Assembly: GCF_046119375.1 (NCBI RefSeq)
Contig: NW_027362767.1
Coordinates: 384,524,001-384,588,000 of the forward strand
Source of the DNA: Phyllobates terribilis
Taxonomy: Eukaryota
Direction: 5' to 3'
DNA: 64,000 nt
A model generated the notes under the pieces. The model ran no database searches, was not told the origin of the DNA, and saw nothing but the letters and a program-made list of their open reading frames with translations. This document shows, in pieces, positions 63,705-64,000 of the stretch; within the stretch, counting starts at the first letter, position 1; the number at the start of each line of letters is the position of its first letter. A program made the position numbers and the translations under genes.

Positions 63705-64000
63705 TTGCAGTCATGCTCTCTAGTAATGTTCCCTTGCAGTCATGCTCTCTTGCAGTAATGCTCCCTTGCAGTCATTCTCCCTTGCAGTCATGCTCTCTAG
63801 TAATGCTCCCTTGCAGTCTTTCTCCCTTACAGTCATGCTCCCTTGCAGACATGCTCCCTTGCAGTTAAGCTCCCTTGCAGTCATGTTCCCTTGCAGTCAT
63901 GCTCTCTAGTAATGCTCCCTTGCAGACATGCTCTCTTGCAGTCACGCTCCCTTGCAGTCATGCTCTCTAGTAACGCTCCCTTACAGTCATGCTCCCTTGC
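63705..64000. repeat. ~16-bp minisatellite running off the window end
   Basis: TTGCAGTCATGCTCCC units interspersed with CTCTAGTAATGCTCCC variants. Confidence 0.88.

Overview
Vertebrate genomic DNA, most likely a frog (inferred from the fish/amphibian-type Tc1 families and the TTAA- and TAA-flanked foldback MITEs). Two complete multi-exon genes lie in tandem on the minus strand. I reconstructed both exon by exon with GT-AG boundaries and consistent phases. (1) An HHIP-like gene: 9 coding exons, 19619->460, 909 aa, with signal peptide, Cys-rich N-terminal domain, beta-propeller, long mucin-like stalk and SRCR domain. (2) A ZFYVE1/DFCP1-like gene: 11 coding exons, 44964->29741, 651 aa, with a P-loop NTPase domain and two FYVE fingers. 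It lacks the N-terminal Zn-binding region and has four uORFs ahead of the start. A CpG-rich promoter with two divergent ZNF143-type motifs sits at about 61.0-61.1 kb. Both genes look like paralogs rather than strict orthologs of mammalian HHIPL1 and ZFYVE1. About 20% of the window is eight near-full-length Tc1 elements from six families, one with an intact ORF. There are also L2 and L1 fragments, a canonical non-autonomous Helitron, many foldback MITEs, three minisatellites and a 204-nt assembly gap. The most unusual observation is a ZFYVE1-like intron that would be only 44 nt long without its Tc1 insertion. No tRNA, rRNA or CRISPR array was seen.
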